Below are positions 49,542 through 62,499 of a stretch of DNA of 64,000 nucleotides, piece after piece (positions within the stretch are counted from its first letter, which is position 1; each line of letters starts with the position of its first letter). Made by a program: the position numbers and the translations under genes. The notes below the pieces were generated by a model. The model worked only from the letters and a program-made list of their open reading frames with translations, was not told where the DNA came from and made no database searches. The DNA comes from Anthoceros angustus (taxonomy: Eukaryota; Plantae; Anthocerotophyta), in NCBI GenBank assembly GCA_010909165.1, contig MU008188.1, positions 62,001-126,000 of the forward strand. The letters are read 5' to 3'.

Positions 49542-52230
49542 GAGACCACAACGTTGGCAAGGATGATGGAGAAATTGCAAGAAATCGCAATTTGGAGGAA
49601 GGAGAAGTGGCACACAAAATGGTGTGCCGAGTCAGGTGCGCTAGAGCCCGTGAGCGAGGATGGCTCTATGGTGATGTGTATGAAGGAGGATTGTGGAGAA
49701 ATCACACCTCAAGATATGCTTGCGTGGAATTGCAAGAAGGAGCGCCGACCAATTCACGGTCGATGGAAATTGCTGCCGTGAAACCGCAGCAACGTAAGGA
49801 GATCGCTGCTAGAGCGATCTAGGGCTAGACATGAGTCTAGAAGGTCGGGAGATGGTGTACCAGCGATGATGCATGTGTCCACGACTGGCACCTGGATGCC
49901 CGCAGATCGACGCAGGTGGAGAAGCTAGTTTTGTGAGCCGAGTTGAAGGCGTGGCCAAAGCACCAACATCCACCGGTGAACAAGCTAGATGGAAACAAGC
50001 AAGGCGTGGCTGGCCTAGAGGTCAAGAGCAAGTCTTGATGCTTAGAAAGCCAAGGATCCGTGAAGGGAGTTTTGTGCGTGAGATGCCGCAACCTAATGAA
50101 TTGGGGATCGAAGGAGAAAGGGTGAGCCAAGAGGGCTGCAAGTGGAGGCCACGTTGGCAAAGGGAGAAGAGAAAACGGAGAAATCGGAGGGACTCCCACA
50201 CATGGCGGTGTGGGAAGAGCGATGATGGAGCCTCGAGTAGGGACGGCTCGAGGATGGTGTGCATGGAAAGGAGCGGTGAAGAAACCGCGATCCAAGGGGA
50301 GCTTGCAGAAAAGGAATTGGCGAATTCATGGGCGCCAAGGAAGCCACTTTTGTGGAGGTACGGCATGTCGAGAGTATTGTCGAGGAGCGCGAGCTAGCTC
50401 GGGCCAGAGCCTAAGGTTATCATGGCGTGACCACCGCTGCAAGAAGAGTGTTGACGACGTGAGGCATGGATACCGCAGCCACGATGCAAGGAGCAAAAGG
50501 CCCACGGGTCATAATGTACATGGGCTGCGCCGTGGTGGTCCGCTTGGTGAGGTAGGAAGTGGCAAAAAGTGCATGCAAAAGAGGTTGGAGGCCATTATTT
50601 AGTGTAAATCACGGTGAAGAAGATCTTAGATGCAAGCATTGTGGGCTTACTGGTGAAAGCGGAGAAGTGACTACCAAGAAGACTCTATTATTTAACGAGG
50701 ATGTCCATTGAATTTGAGGTACCTACCTATAGAATCATGGAGGATGAGCGAAATTGCAAGAGGAGAGTCGTGAAGTTAGAGTCTTTCATAGAGCATGAGG
50801 AATGTAGGGAAGAGGCTTTAGAAGAAACCCAAATAATTCGAGCTTAGAAAGGAGAGGCATGATGGGAATTAAGGAAGCAAGAGACCACAACGCTGGGTGG
50901 CAAGGATGATGGAGAAATTGCGAAGAAATCGCAATTTGGAGGAAGGAGAGGTGGCACACGAAAATGGTGTGCTGAGGAGGTGTGTGCGCTAGAGCCCAAA
51001 AGCGAGGATGGCTCTATGGTGAGGTGTATGAAGGAGGATTGTGGAGAAATTACACCTCAAGGTATGCTTGCAGTGGAATTGCAAGAAGGAGCGTCGACCA
51101 ATTCACGGTCGACTGGAAATTGCTGCCAGGAAACTGCAGCAACGTAAGGAGATCGCTGCTAGAGCGATCTAGGGCTAGACATGAGTCTAGAAGGTCGGGA
51201 GATGGTGTACCAGCGATGATGCACAGGTCCACGACCGCAGTACGATGCCCGCAGATCGACGCGGTGGAGAAGCTAGTTTTGTGAGCCGAGTTGAAGGCGG
51301 GTTGTGGCCATAGCACCAACATCCACCGTGAACAAGCTAGATGGAAACAAGCAAGGCGTGGCTGGCCTAGAGGTCAAGAGCAAGTCTTGATGCTAGAAAG
51401 CCAAGGATCCGTGAAGGGAGTTTTGTGAGATGCCGCAACCTAATGAATTGGGGATTCGAGCGAGGAGAAAGGGTGAGCAACAAGAGGGCTGCAAGTGGAG
51501 GCCACGGTTGGCAAAGGGAGAAGAGAAAACGGAGAAATCGGAGGGACTCCCACACATGGCGGTGTGGAAGAGCGATGATGGAGCCTCGAGTAGGGACGGC
51601 TCGAGGATGGTGTGCATGGAAAGGAGCGTGAAGAAACCGCGATCCAAGGGGAGCTATGAAAAAGGAATTGGCGAATTCATGGGCGCCAAGGAAGCCACTT
51701 TTGTGGAGGTACGGCATGTCGAGAGTATTGTCGAGGAGCGCGAGCTAGCTCGGGCCAGAGCCTAAGGTTATCATGGCGGACCACCGCTGCAAGAAGAGCA
51801 AGTTGACGACCGAGGCATGGATACCGCCGCCGATGCAAGGAGCAAAGGCCCACGGGTCATAATGTACATGGCGGCCACGCCTGTCCACAGGGCGAAAGGA
51901 AGTGGCAAAAAGTGCATGCAAAAGAGGTTGGAGGCCATTATTCTGTAAATCACGGTGAAGAAGATCTTAGATGCAGCATTGTGGGCTTACAGAAAGCGGA
52001 GAAAGTGACTACCAAGAAGACTCTATTATTTAACGTATGATGTCTCCATTGAATTTGAGGTACCTACCTATAGAATCATGGAGGATGAGCGTATAATTGC
52101 AGAGGAGAGTCAGGAAGTTAGACTAGAGTCTTTCATAGAGCATGAGGAACGTAGGGAAGAGGCTTTAGAAGAAACCCAGCGAATTCAGGAGCTTAGAAAG
52201 GAGAGGCATGATGGGAAATTAAGGAAGCAA
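49542..52230 (+). repeat. Tandem duplication of about 1.34 kb inside the LARD-like element
   Basis: Copy 1 at 49542-50880 and copy 2 at 50881-52230 both begin GAGACCACAACG. AGCAAGAG microhomology at the junction. Confidence 0.85.
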
Positions 52231-52457
52231 GAGGCTATCATGGCCGGGGATTTGGTTCTTCTATATGATGGTCGTTACATGGATTTCCCAGGGAAGCTTA
52301 GGACCGTATCAGGTGGTGGCAGTGTATGAGAATGGATCCGTGCAAACACGAGTGCTGGATGGGGATTTGCTACCAACTAGAGTGAATGGGTGGAAGGTTA
52401 AGAAGCACCTTCACCCGAGATGCTGTTTGCAGGACGCAAACAGTGAGGAGGGGAGTA

Positions 52458-55400
52458 TGTGGAACGCAAAAGTTTGGGCAACTGGTTTAAGTGAGTTGTT
52501 TTTGAACAGTCCAATGCTTTTGATAGAAATGGTTTGGTGGAAACATGCGAGAAATGTTTTTGTTCGATTGAAGCCGGAGTCAGAGGATGCCGCCGGGAAG
52601 AGAGGATACTTAGGGAAAAGAAACGGATCAAAATGACCTTCTAGTGAGGAGGGTAGGAGACATATGTGAACGGAGATGTCCCACTGGTAGGAGGTATCCT
52701 ACCACCGTAGGAGAAACTCCTACCACGGTAGGCTGGTGGAGAGAACTCCTACCCCATAGGTATGGGTAGGAGAATGTCCCACCACCGTAGGTAAGCGCCC
52801 AGCTAGCGTTTTGATGACCCACCGGAGTAGCTCCTACCACGGTAGGAAAGGGTGAAGGCAATTAAGGAAGTAGCTTGAGGTTGCTGCACAAGCCTGATAG
52901 GCTTGCAGGCAAAGGCCTGATTATTGGGGACCACCACCAAGTTTGAGGGAAGGCAAAGTAATTTGCCACATGTGGAAGAAGTGAGACATGGGCGTGCTCA
53001 TATTGCTGAGATTTTGCAGAAGGAGGACTGCTAGGTAGAGATGTGTGGCAAGGGTTGCAGGAAGATGGGCCAAGTGCCCGTAATGGTGGAATTGTGCAGA
53101 TCTGCGGTGGCTCTAGGTTGGGAGCTGAGATGCGAGAGAGGAGCAGAATTGGTGCAAGGATGGGAGCGAGGAGCTCATGTTGTGGTGAGCAGCCACAAGG
53201 GTTGCAAGAGGAGGCCATGGCGGTGCCGAGGCACATGGAAGTGCTCAATGGAGTCACGATGTGAGGATGGCATGATAGGCCGTGTGTTGAACTAGGAAAG
53301 GCCATGGTAGAGCACTCACGCAGCTGAATTTGTAGATGGGCTGCAAGATGGAGGTGTGGCCAAACCATAGGAAGGCGCGGTGTGGCTGCAACATGGTGAA
53401 GGGATCACAACGGGTGTGCATCATGACGGCGGAATTTGCAGTGCAAGTCAAAGTGAAGGGAGGCCGCTGGTGGCCGCGAGGAGAAATGGGTAGCAAGGAG
53501 GGTTGATACGAGATGTTGTTGAGGTGTGAGGAGTTCACCGGGAATAATCATTTTATTCGTTGAGTGTTGTGCAAGCCAATTGGTGTGTTGGACAATGGAA
53601 TGTAAGAACTGAGTTAAGCGTCCTAGGGTGGATCAAGAGATGGGCCTTTGTGTGAGGTGTTTCAACTTATTATATTTGCAGTCACATGAGAGCCCCACGA
53701 GTAGGTGTAGGGTGGTAGTGGACGAGGGCATGGCACCCCACGTAGGGAGGGAGGTGCACCCCACGCGGATGTGTAGGGCGAAGCTGGCCCCACGAGAATG
53801 GAGAAGGTGTAGGGTGGTAGTGGACGTAGGGCATGGCACCCCACCGAGGGGGAGGTGCACCCCACGAGTAGGTGTAGGGCGGAGGGTCCTGTGGGGTAGT
53901 ATGTAGGGTAACAAGGGGACCCTACATGTAGGGCAGGGGTCCCTACATGTATGTATGTGGGTAGACGGGAGGGATGGGTAGGGCGGTGTCCCTACGCATG
54001 CCCGTACCACCGATGTAGGGAACAAGGTAGGGAACAAGGTAGGGAACAAGGTAGGGAACAAGTAGGGACAGAGATGGGTAGGATGTAGGGTAGGGTGGCT
54101 CCTACGGGGCATTAGTTAGGTAGGTAGATAGGTAGGATGAGAGTGTCTCCCACCGTAGGAGTGGTGAGGTCTCCCACGCAAGGGCGGAGTGGGGTGCGAC
54201 ACCCTACTTGGATACAAGGTGTACAAACCTAGGAAGTTGCTAAAGAGGGCTGCAGGCAAGGCAAGGTTGTGGATAAATAGGATATATTAGGAATAATAGC
54301 ACATAAATATGTGGGTAGGTAGTGTAGGTGTGGCCATGCAAGCGGGTGTGTAGGAGTGGCACCTAGGAAGCCCGCGAGGAATTGCACTAAGAGCTTGTGC
54401 ATGCAAGGAAAGCTAGAGCAAGGACTTGGTGGGAACGCGAGCCTGTGTGCAAGGAGAAGGAGGTGTGCGTGCATAAGGAGTTGTGTGTGAAGGGATTTGA
54501 AGCACAACCGTGAAGAGGGCAAGGGCGCTGAATTTTGTGCCTAGGACCTTGCAAGTGAGGGATTTGGGCACATAAGGAGTGGCCGTGAGGACATCAAGTT
54601 TGAGCTAGGTGGGACCGTGGAGTGAAGAGGAAGTAAGTGGAAAAGGGCTGAAGTTGCTCTTGGTGGATTTTGTGTGGCGAGTGAAGAAATCTCGCAATTG
54701 TGTGTAGACCGAGGTGACAACTAGGTGGAAACGAGCATGTGCCCAAGCTTGTCTTGTTTGTGCGCTTATTTTGAAGGTACAAGATGGTGAAAGCGCCGCA
54801 CCTAAGAAGGGCAAGTTGGTTGCTAGGGAGCCGTGGGAAGAGCCCAACACATCCGATAGGTATATGGAAGGCCGTAGAGGATGACTCGGAGGAGGAAGAG
54901 GAAGGCATGGAGCAAGATCCGCCACGGGAGACCTTCTTGCAGTGGAGAGTGTGGAGGCAGTAGGGCCATAAGAAGTTGACCCTACGTCCGTAGGAGGTGT
55001 AGAGGGTGGCCCTACATCCGTAGGATCACCAGGCGGTGCGACGGCAGACGCCGCTAGAGGTAATTGAAGGGGTTGGTGGTAGCTTGGAGTGTGGGCTCAT
55101 TGCTTGGGGAGACTTTCTTTAGAGGAGGACAGTATTAATGCTTGTCAACCCGAGGGGTGTGTTGACTAGCTAGATAGGAATGTTGACAGAGCCATTAAGG
55201 CTCACATAGGTGAAGTTGCTAGAATAGAATTTTACCCAAGATGCTTGGATGTCGAACTTAAAGTCCGAACAGGATACACTAAAATAAGGAGTGAGGAGGC
55301 AAGAGGGCGCTGTGGGAGGTCAGATGTGAGGACCTCCCTATAAAAGGAGGGAGCTTGTGAAGTAAAATTATCGTGTCTTGCGCTCCCTACCGCGAGTCCT

Positions 55401-56427
55401 TTGCTCCTTGTGAAGGAAGTTCGTGGCCGCAAGCTAACGCAGTCTGTAGAGAGGGAGTTTGCATGGTCGGAGTGCTTGGCGGAGAGCTCGCCTCGGGCGC
55501 CCGCAGTTGCTCCTTGTGAATGGTTGCCGTGAAATTGCTTTGCTTTGGGTGTGTGGCGATGCCCAAGGAACTCTCGGCTTGAGGGTAGACTACAGGAAAG
55601 ACTCGGAGGTTCTCGCTGTCGTGCAAACTCATAGCAACCGCCCAAGGAAGAACTTGTTGGCTTGTAGGCGCACCCTGTGCGCCAGCCGTAAGGGCGAGCT
55701 AGGGCTGAGCTTGAAGTAAGGTTAGATTAGGAGGATGAGGAGTTGAGTTGAGGTGAGTGTTGAGGAGAATGTGGAGCTGAATGTTGAGTAGAGGAGTAGG
55801 TAGAGATTAGGAGTAAGAAGAAGGCCCAAGTCGAGCCTAAGGGAGGGTCCCAAATCGCACCAAACCGAGACCGAAGCCGGGCTAAGGTCTCAAAATCACG
55901 GGTGGAGAAGTCGCTACGCCGAGGGGGTCCCTACGCGCGACGGTGGACCTACCGCATAGGGTGGGACCTACGATCGTAGGATGTCGTTGTAGGTCCAGAG
56001 TGGTGATTGACGAGCAAAGGCGGGAGTGGCGTGGCCGCCGAGTTGGTGGTTGAGGTGTGCCAATTGTGGGAAGGCGATGGGAAAGGAATAGTGGACGATC
56101 ACGGGTGGTGAAGTCGCTGCAACGTAGGGGGTCCCACGTGCGTAGTCACCCACCGCTGGGGTGTGGACCCATAGTCGAGGGTGTCGCGTTGTAGGTCTAG
56201 AAGGTGATTGACGGAGCGCATGGTGAGGCGTGGTCTGTCTGTGGAGTGAGTTGAAGTTGCTCCACTGTGAGGGAGCTTGGGGTGTGAAGAGGCGGTGGTT
56301 TGTGCCTTGGATGTTGGTGACCGACAAACAAGAGTCTCATGGGACGAAACCTATTGTACTTAGCGACAAGTGGGATAAGTGTGGCCACTAGAGGGTGAAT
56401 CTCTAAGCCCCGGGTTTTCCTCCCACA
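52458..56427 (+). repeat. 3' LTR (3970 bp)
   Basis: Starts TGTGGAACGC after the PPT and ends TCCCACA followed by the TSD. TATAAAA at 55339-55345. Confidence 0.9.
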
Positions 56428-56432
56428 ATCTT

Positions 56433-58042
56433 GCACAAATTAAGACTCTTAGCCGGCTTGCACCAAGAAGGCTCTTAAGTCATCAATCCTTCGCCTCCGC
56501 AAGAACAACATTCCTTGCATCTCCTTGGCTCCCAGGCCTCCATAGACCATCCTACCCAAAGAAAACCCAAGGAAAAGCTCAATCCTCACCTCCAAAATCG
56601 GCGCCAGTCAGCGCCTGCAAACCCCTACTAAGAACTTTCCCAATCAGCTCCCATGTGTCTTTTGCAAATATAAGCTCATACTCCTCACACAAAAGGTACC
56701 CCATCCGAGTACTGATCCGCTCAAAGGACGCTTAACTTTGGAGTTTTTATACCCCCATATCCAACACAGCAAGTTTGCTTGTGCACATTCTTCCAAATAC
56801 ATTTTACTCATTGCTTATTGAACTCCTCACCAAGCTCCTTCTCCACATTTCTCCTTAGCGAACTCCTTGACCAACTCTTGAATCAGCCTACCTTGCTGCC
56901 CAATTCTCCTCGCGGCCACCACAACGACCTCCCTTCACACCTACTGCACCCAACCGCGAATTTTGCCTTCATGATGCACAATCCCTGCTGTATTCTTCAC
57001 CATATTGCAGCCCATCCTACGCTCCCTGTGGGTCAAGCTACCTCCATCTTGCAGCCCAGCTGTAAATTCAGCTTGCTATGGCCTCTCCTAGTTCAACACA
57101 TGCCCTTATCCTTCCTTCTTTTTCTCTTGTTGCACCCCCCTACTTGTCTTGCCTATTTTCCTCCTCTCAATGCTTAGCTCAAGGCCTCTTCTCCATCTCA
57201 TTGCACACGTACATCACAATACTTATGTGGGGCTCTTCTACAGCTCTTGGTGTGGCGGCGCCTTCCCCGTATTGTTGGCGCTCACCTTCTGTTGTGACCT
57301 CCCACACATGCAAGCAGATTATAAAGATAATTTGGGGTTAGAATGGTAACTACCAATCTACTCGCCTTGGATATGCCCCCATGCAGCACCTTTTCCATCG
57401 CTTGATTGAGTTTCCTAATTCCTCTTATACTAAGATACTATTTTCCCCTAGTTTCCTAACGCCAATCTAGCTTTTAATTTCTCGACCCATTTATCTAGTC
57501 CACTATTGGTGGGCATATATAGTGGATATTCCCTCATCCCATCCCCTTCCCTTTGTTCGAGATGCCTCATCATGTAGTCCGTCGCCACCACCGCCAGGTA
57601 GTCTGCCTTCCTCCTTGTAGGAGTTACTCCCACGGGCGGTAGGATACTTCCTACCTCTCCTACCATGGTAGGAACTATTCCCACACCGGTAAGGATCAAA
57701 ACACTAGCAGGTGTGGTCATTCTCCCACTATGGTAGATCTTCCCACCCTCAGCTCACCATGGTAGGAGTTTCTCTGCCTGCAAGTGTGGACACCCCCACC
57801 ACCGCATGTAGGTTACCTTTCTCCTCACCGCAAGGTCGCTTTTGACCCGCTTTCTTTTCCCCGTCGCATATCTCTTCTCTCGCCTTCCGACATGGTCCCA
57901 CGACCGCTCAAAAGGAGCAAACATTTTCCTTGCATGTCTTCACCAAACCATTTCTAGCAAAAGAGGTGAGCCTCCTGTTTCAAATGAACTCATTTAAGTT
58001 CGTTGCCCAAACTTTTGGTATTCCATTAATTGCTTTCCACAA
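56433..58042 (-). repeat. 5' part of the element X LTR (minus orientation)
   Basis: Reverse complement of 57900-58042 matches the LTR start (..CAAAAGTTTGGGCAAC..AAATGGTTTGGTG..ACATGC) at 43749 and 52458. Confidence 0.6.
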
Positions 58043-60120
58043 ATGCACCAAATAGGTGCTAAGGTATGTGGCCTTGGCCCTTCCTCATCCAATATTTGGC
58101 TTGAGGAGCTCCTGGTGATGTAGGCCTCTATACATGATGGTGCCCCAATCTGCTTGGCTCCTCTCGAAATCTTCCACAAAATTGCGGGAAGTTGGTGAAA
58201 TAGGAAGTCCTTTGGTAATTTACCAACCCCAAAGCACAATCTTCGAAAGAGCCCACTTCAGCTCTTGATGCTATCTGCTTTTCCAGCCATTCTTGGCATG
58301 GGCCTTCACCTCCGTCCATCATGTCGAGGAGCTCCCGCGAATTTCGAGAGGGCCGCCCTCTTCTCCACTCCATTCTCGAGGAGAGCAATTAGCTCTCCTC
58401 CTCCTGGCCTCCCATACACTGCAATGCTCCTTACGGTCCAGCAATGAGGATCCGCTCGAGCATTCCTCTCCTAGCGCGGCAAGGGCTGCTCGATTGATGG
58501 AGATTGATGAAGCACTCAATCAACTCCAAATTGGTGTAGGCCCATTGGCGCCATACACCCATCCCAATTGGATGTTATCCTCCCCATTGCCGAAAATCAA
58601 CCAAATCTGGGGTTGCTGCCCGCAAAACAAGTGAATTGGGGCATCTCGACTTCACCCCTCCGGCGGCGCTCCGCTTCTTTTCCTTTCCTCATGAGAGGAG
58701 CCTTCATGTGTGGCTCCTTCCCTTGCTTTCCGCTCGAGGCATGGTGGCTCCTTCCCAAGCTGCTAAGGAGTGAATCACTCCCAATTGGCAACCTCAAGAC
58801 TTTGCTCTCAAACGCTCCTTCCTCGAGTCCGCAAGAACCTCAACAATTTCAACGTTAGGCTTGGTGATGCTTCCTGTTGCCAATTTTCCTCGTGATTTCT
58901 CCTCAGGCGCCGATAGGTGGTCGTGGTCCTCCTCCTTCACTCTCAATTTCACCTTGCGCCCGCTTCGGCCCCGCCCGCGCCTCCGCCTCGACGGCTCAAG
59001 ACTGCGACTCCTAGCGCTTCCTCTCACGGCCAGGCTTGAAGGTCTCCAACGCCTAGTGTTTACGCCTCTTCTCCTCCTCGCCCACTTAGGGTTCCCTCTC
59101 CTTCTTCACCAGGCGCCCTTTGCGCCTGGCCCACTGGGCAGCTGGTGAGGGTGATGGCGGCCCTCCTCCTCCTCGCCTACGCCTAGCGGGCCCCTTCAAG
59201 TGAGAAGTTCGGGAGTTGGCCGCCCAAACTGCACTTTGCCCTCCTTGGATTGCTGCCACCTGGAGAGTTCCCAACCCTAGATCTGTTCAACATCCTAAAT
59301 TACCAAGCCTGCCTAAATTACCTATTTTCCTGCCCTATCCGCAACCCCAAATTAATTACCTTCTAATTAATCCTATTGGTCTGCTCCCCTATTGGTGAGC
59401 ATATATAGTGGATATCCCCCTTTATTCATTGCTTTTAGCCGAGATTTTGCACCACCGCGGTAGTCCGCTTTTCTCATTTCACCGGGTAGTGTGGCAGCCT
59501 ACCGGTAGTCCGGCCACCTCCTTTGATCGCCATTCTGCTCTCTGGGGTCGTTTTGACCCATTCTTTCCCGGATATCCTTTTCAACTTCCTAACCACATCC
59601 ATACAACTCCAGCTTCAAGATTCTCGGAAAATTTTCCGGCATGCTCCTCCTCAATCGCTTTTAGCCAAAAAAATCAAACTTGTTTGTCTTCGGCTCTTTT
59701 GGGCTGGTTGCCCAAACTTTTGCGCCCACATACCCCTTCTCACCGCTTTTGCCCTCGCAAAACAACAAAATTTGAAGGTACTTAACCTTCCACCCATTCA
59801 CTCTGGTCGGCACTGCCTAATACCCGGAGTTGTGTAGATCCATTCTCATACCGCTACTACCTCGTAAGGTCCCATCCATCTAAGCCTAAGCTTCCCTGGA
59901 AGTCCAGGTACCACCATCGAGAGAAGAACCAAATCCCCGCCCGATAGCCTCCTCGCTTCCTCACTTTTCCATCATGCCGCCTTTTTGAGCTCCCGAACTG
60001 TTTCTCTAAAGCATCTCCCCACGCTCCTCCCGCCTATGAAAGATTCTAGCCTAGTTAATCGACTATCTTCTACAACATGCGCTCATCCTCCATGATCCTG
60101 TAGGTAGGTACTTCCAATTC
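58043..60120 (-). mobile_element. Gypsy element Y fragment: integrase tail, PPT and start of the 3' LTR with an ORF remnant
   Basis: Minus strand KLRLRWMGPYEVVAV and RVNGWKVKY at about 59780-59900. PPT GGTGAGAAGGGGTA (59744-59731). LTR start TGTGGGCGCAAAAGTTTGGGCAAC at 59730. Confidence 0.75.
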
Positions 60121-60849
60121 ATGGCACTGTGCCACATTCTATACGATAATAAGGGTCTTCGGTTACTCTTCTCCGCTGTCTCAGAAGCTGGTCAATGCAA
60201 CTTAGCATCCCACCACATGTGTGTCGATTACCTTGGTGAGGATGGTGGCAAATCCGCTCGCCTTCTCGCCAATTGCTCGCTTTGGGGTTGTAGGGGGGTC
60301 GTTCGTGCCGAATGTGAAGTAGGTGGTCGGGACCCACGAGGAGAGTTGAGGAAATGTGTCCTCGACCGCCACCAACCCTAACCCTTTTGGTTGCCGCCAT
60401 CCGGGACGCCCAAAGGTTGATGTTCTATGGGCTTCTGGCAGTATCCATGTGAAATGTGAAAGAGATGTAGTGTGGCAAAATGCAAGTGGACAACAAAGTT
60501 GCAAGCGTCTGCGCTTGCAAGACGAGAATGTCCAAGGGTTGCTGACCTAGCCTTGCACAAAGCCAGAGGCATCGGGGCATTGGAGTCCAACATCGGAGAG
60601 GAGGAGGGCGCATTGCGTGCATGGAAGCGTAATGGTTAGTGCCAAGTCGTTAGGTGTCTACATCTTGCCGAGGTTACGGGCATTGCTCATTATGCTTACC
60701 TCGACGGCCGGGTACTCGTACCACGGAATTGGTGCGAATGCACTTGAAAACCAGAAGGTCAACCGGAGAAATCAGCAGACTCCAACACGTGAACCACCTT
60801 CCACTTGCCAAACATGTCCACCAGGTGCCCAGCAATCCCTCTTTCATGG

Positions 60850-61760
60850 GCGCTTCAGTCAAAATCGCATGCACCTTCCAGTTCACCACATTTTGCATAC
60901 ACGGCGCCAACCAACTGCGCTCGCCAGCAACATCGAACATGGTCATGATCCATCAGGCCAAGCTGACTATGTTAGTTTTTGCTTTGAGGCAAAAGAGTAA
61001 CATGGTCACTTCATCACATATAGATTACATGTGCACGGTGTCGCCACATGATGCATGCACTCAAGATCCGGTGATGCAATCGTGAAAACATTTGGAAGCA
61101 TATGTGCCAATGAAGCTCTCCTAAAAACATAGCATGAGTACAAGGAAACGCAGAGAGGTAGAGGTGGCCACGATCAAGACTCTACAACACCCTTAGGCAA
61201 GAGACATGCACCACCATCTATGAGTGCAATCGTTCATTAATTTGTGAGTGCACTACGTGCCCTTTTGCATCTTCCGACTCACCATATTTCGCAGATCTCT
61301 TTCATGGGTCGTTCAACCCACAAAAACTTAAGGTGCATTTTCCATTCACCAAATTTTGCATACATGTCCACGGTGGTGCCCACCACTACATTCTCCAGTG
61401 CAAAGCCGAGCCCTTTGTTGTACCCATAAGGGCATTCCATGTCACCACATCCCCGACAAAGCAAGCAAGACTACAAAAATGAGGTCGGGAATCACCACTA
61501 GTTGTCCATCATAGTGAAGACTAAACCGAGGTTCTTTGAAATCAAGACACCATCCCCACTTGCCAATTAAGACGATCCATCTAACGTAGGGGTTGCGACA
61601 GTCATTCCATCATAGCACTATGATGGATGTAACCAGAGAGACAGAACCAGAGATTCTTGGAACTCAAGAACAGATTATCCCCACTCGCCAAGACCACATC
61701 CATGGTGCTCCCATTCCACCTCCATAAGATGATCTAGGCCACGAGGGGATGTTCCTCCCA
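60850..61760 (-). pseudogene. Degenerate PLS-class pentatricopeptide repeat (PPR) gene fragment
   Basis: Minus-strand GDVVTWNALMG and ENVVVGTTVDMYAKFGE (61330-61460), and VYAKCGELEG (about 60870-60910). These match the PPR consensus DVVSWNALI..GY / ALVDMYAKCG. Heavily frameshifted; boundaries approximate. Confidence 0.6.
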
Positions 61761-61782
61761 GACAAAGATTAATTAGCGACCG

Positions 61783-62062
61783 TGTTTTACAACACGGTCC
61801 GAAAGCCCAATTGTACGTTGTAAAATGTTTGAGACGGCCAGATCGTGCCTCTCTCATGTTTTACAACATACGTAACCTAATCTAATTTACAACACGATCA
61901 ATTGCAACCACTGACATTTGTAAAACGTTTAAGAGAGGCCAAGATAGGCCTCCCACGAATTTTACAACATAGTCTAATTTACAACACAGCCTGCTGTAAA
62001 GCGCACTGACTTGTATGTTGTAAAATGTATGACAAGGCCGGATCAGCCGCACGCTTTTACAC
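61783..62062. repeat. About 100-bp-period array, each unit with an about 50-bp hairpin (GTTGTAAAA...TTTTACAAC)
   Basis: Arm starts at 61817, about 61917 and 62017, with return arms at 61859, 61960 and 62055. Confidence 0.75.
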
Positions 62063-62499
62063 CAAATTCACAACGTAGTCTCATACACAAGGTCCATTGC
62101 AAAGCGATCTTGCACGCTTGTATACGCCTACTGGTTTCGCCATTGACAAATTCTAAGCGTAGTGCCATTGACAATTCACGTGGAGCCACCGGGCGGCAAT
62201 GCAGAGAGAGACACAAGCCACGCCCCCAAGCTATACCATTTGCTTCGTGCCTCACATAAATCATAGCAAGAGTTAGAAACGACAGAGCCGGAGTCGCCGC
62301 AACCAAGACTCCACAACACCCTCGCAAGAGAGATGCACCACCTTCAAGCAAGAGACATGCACCACCTTCGTGCAAGAGACATGCAATTCTCATGTGTCCT
62401 CTTCAAACAAGAGCAAATTACTCAAGTTGGCCGAGGATTAAACTACTAAGGACAAGGCTTTGGCCGCTAAGTTTAGCAAGAGCAAAAGTTGAGGGGTAA

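Larger units (their letters stand above)
43749..56427 (+). mobile_element. Complete non-autonomous Gypsy-derived LTR element (LARD-like), 12.7 kb, with about 4-kb LTRs
   Basis: TSD ATCTT at 43744-43748 and 56428-56432. LTRs 43749-47761 and 52458-56427 (TGTGG...CCACA). PBS-like TTTTTGGCGCTGTCGGGA at 47762. PPT GAGGAGGGGAG at 52445-52455. Internal region has degenerate gag and only the integrase C-terminus (GDLVLLYD..FPGKL, GPYQVVAVYENGSV); no protease, RT or RNaseH seen. Confidence 0.9.

Noticed and set aside
40854-58047. Element X as a solo LTR with a TSD
   Set aside because: Flanks (CCGGC versus AATGC) do not match, so the boundaries reflect further rearrangement.
61783-62062. CRISPR-like reading of the hairpin array (also considered for 32864-33046 and 6531-6665)
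   Set aside because: Eukaryotic TE context, degenerate repeats, non-unique spacers or none, and no cas genes.
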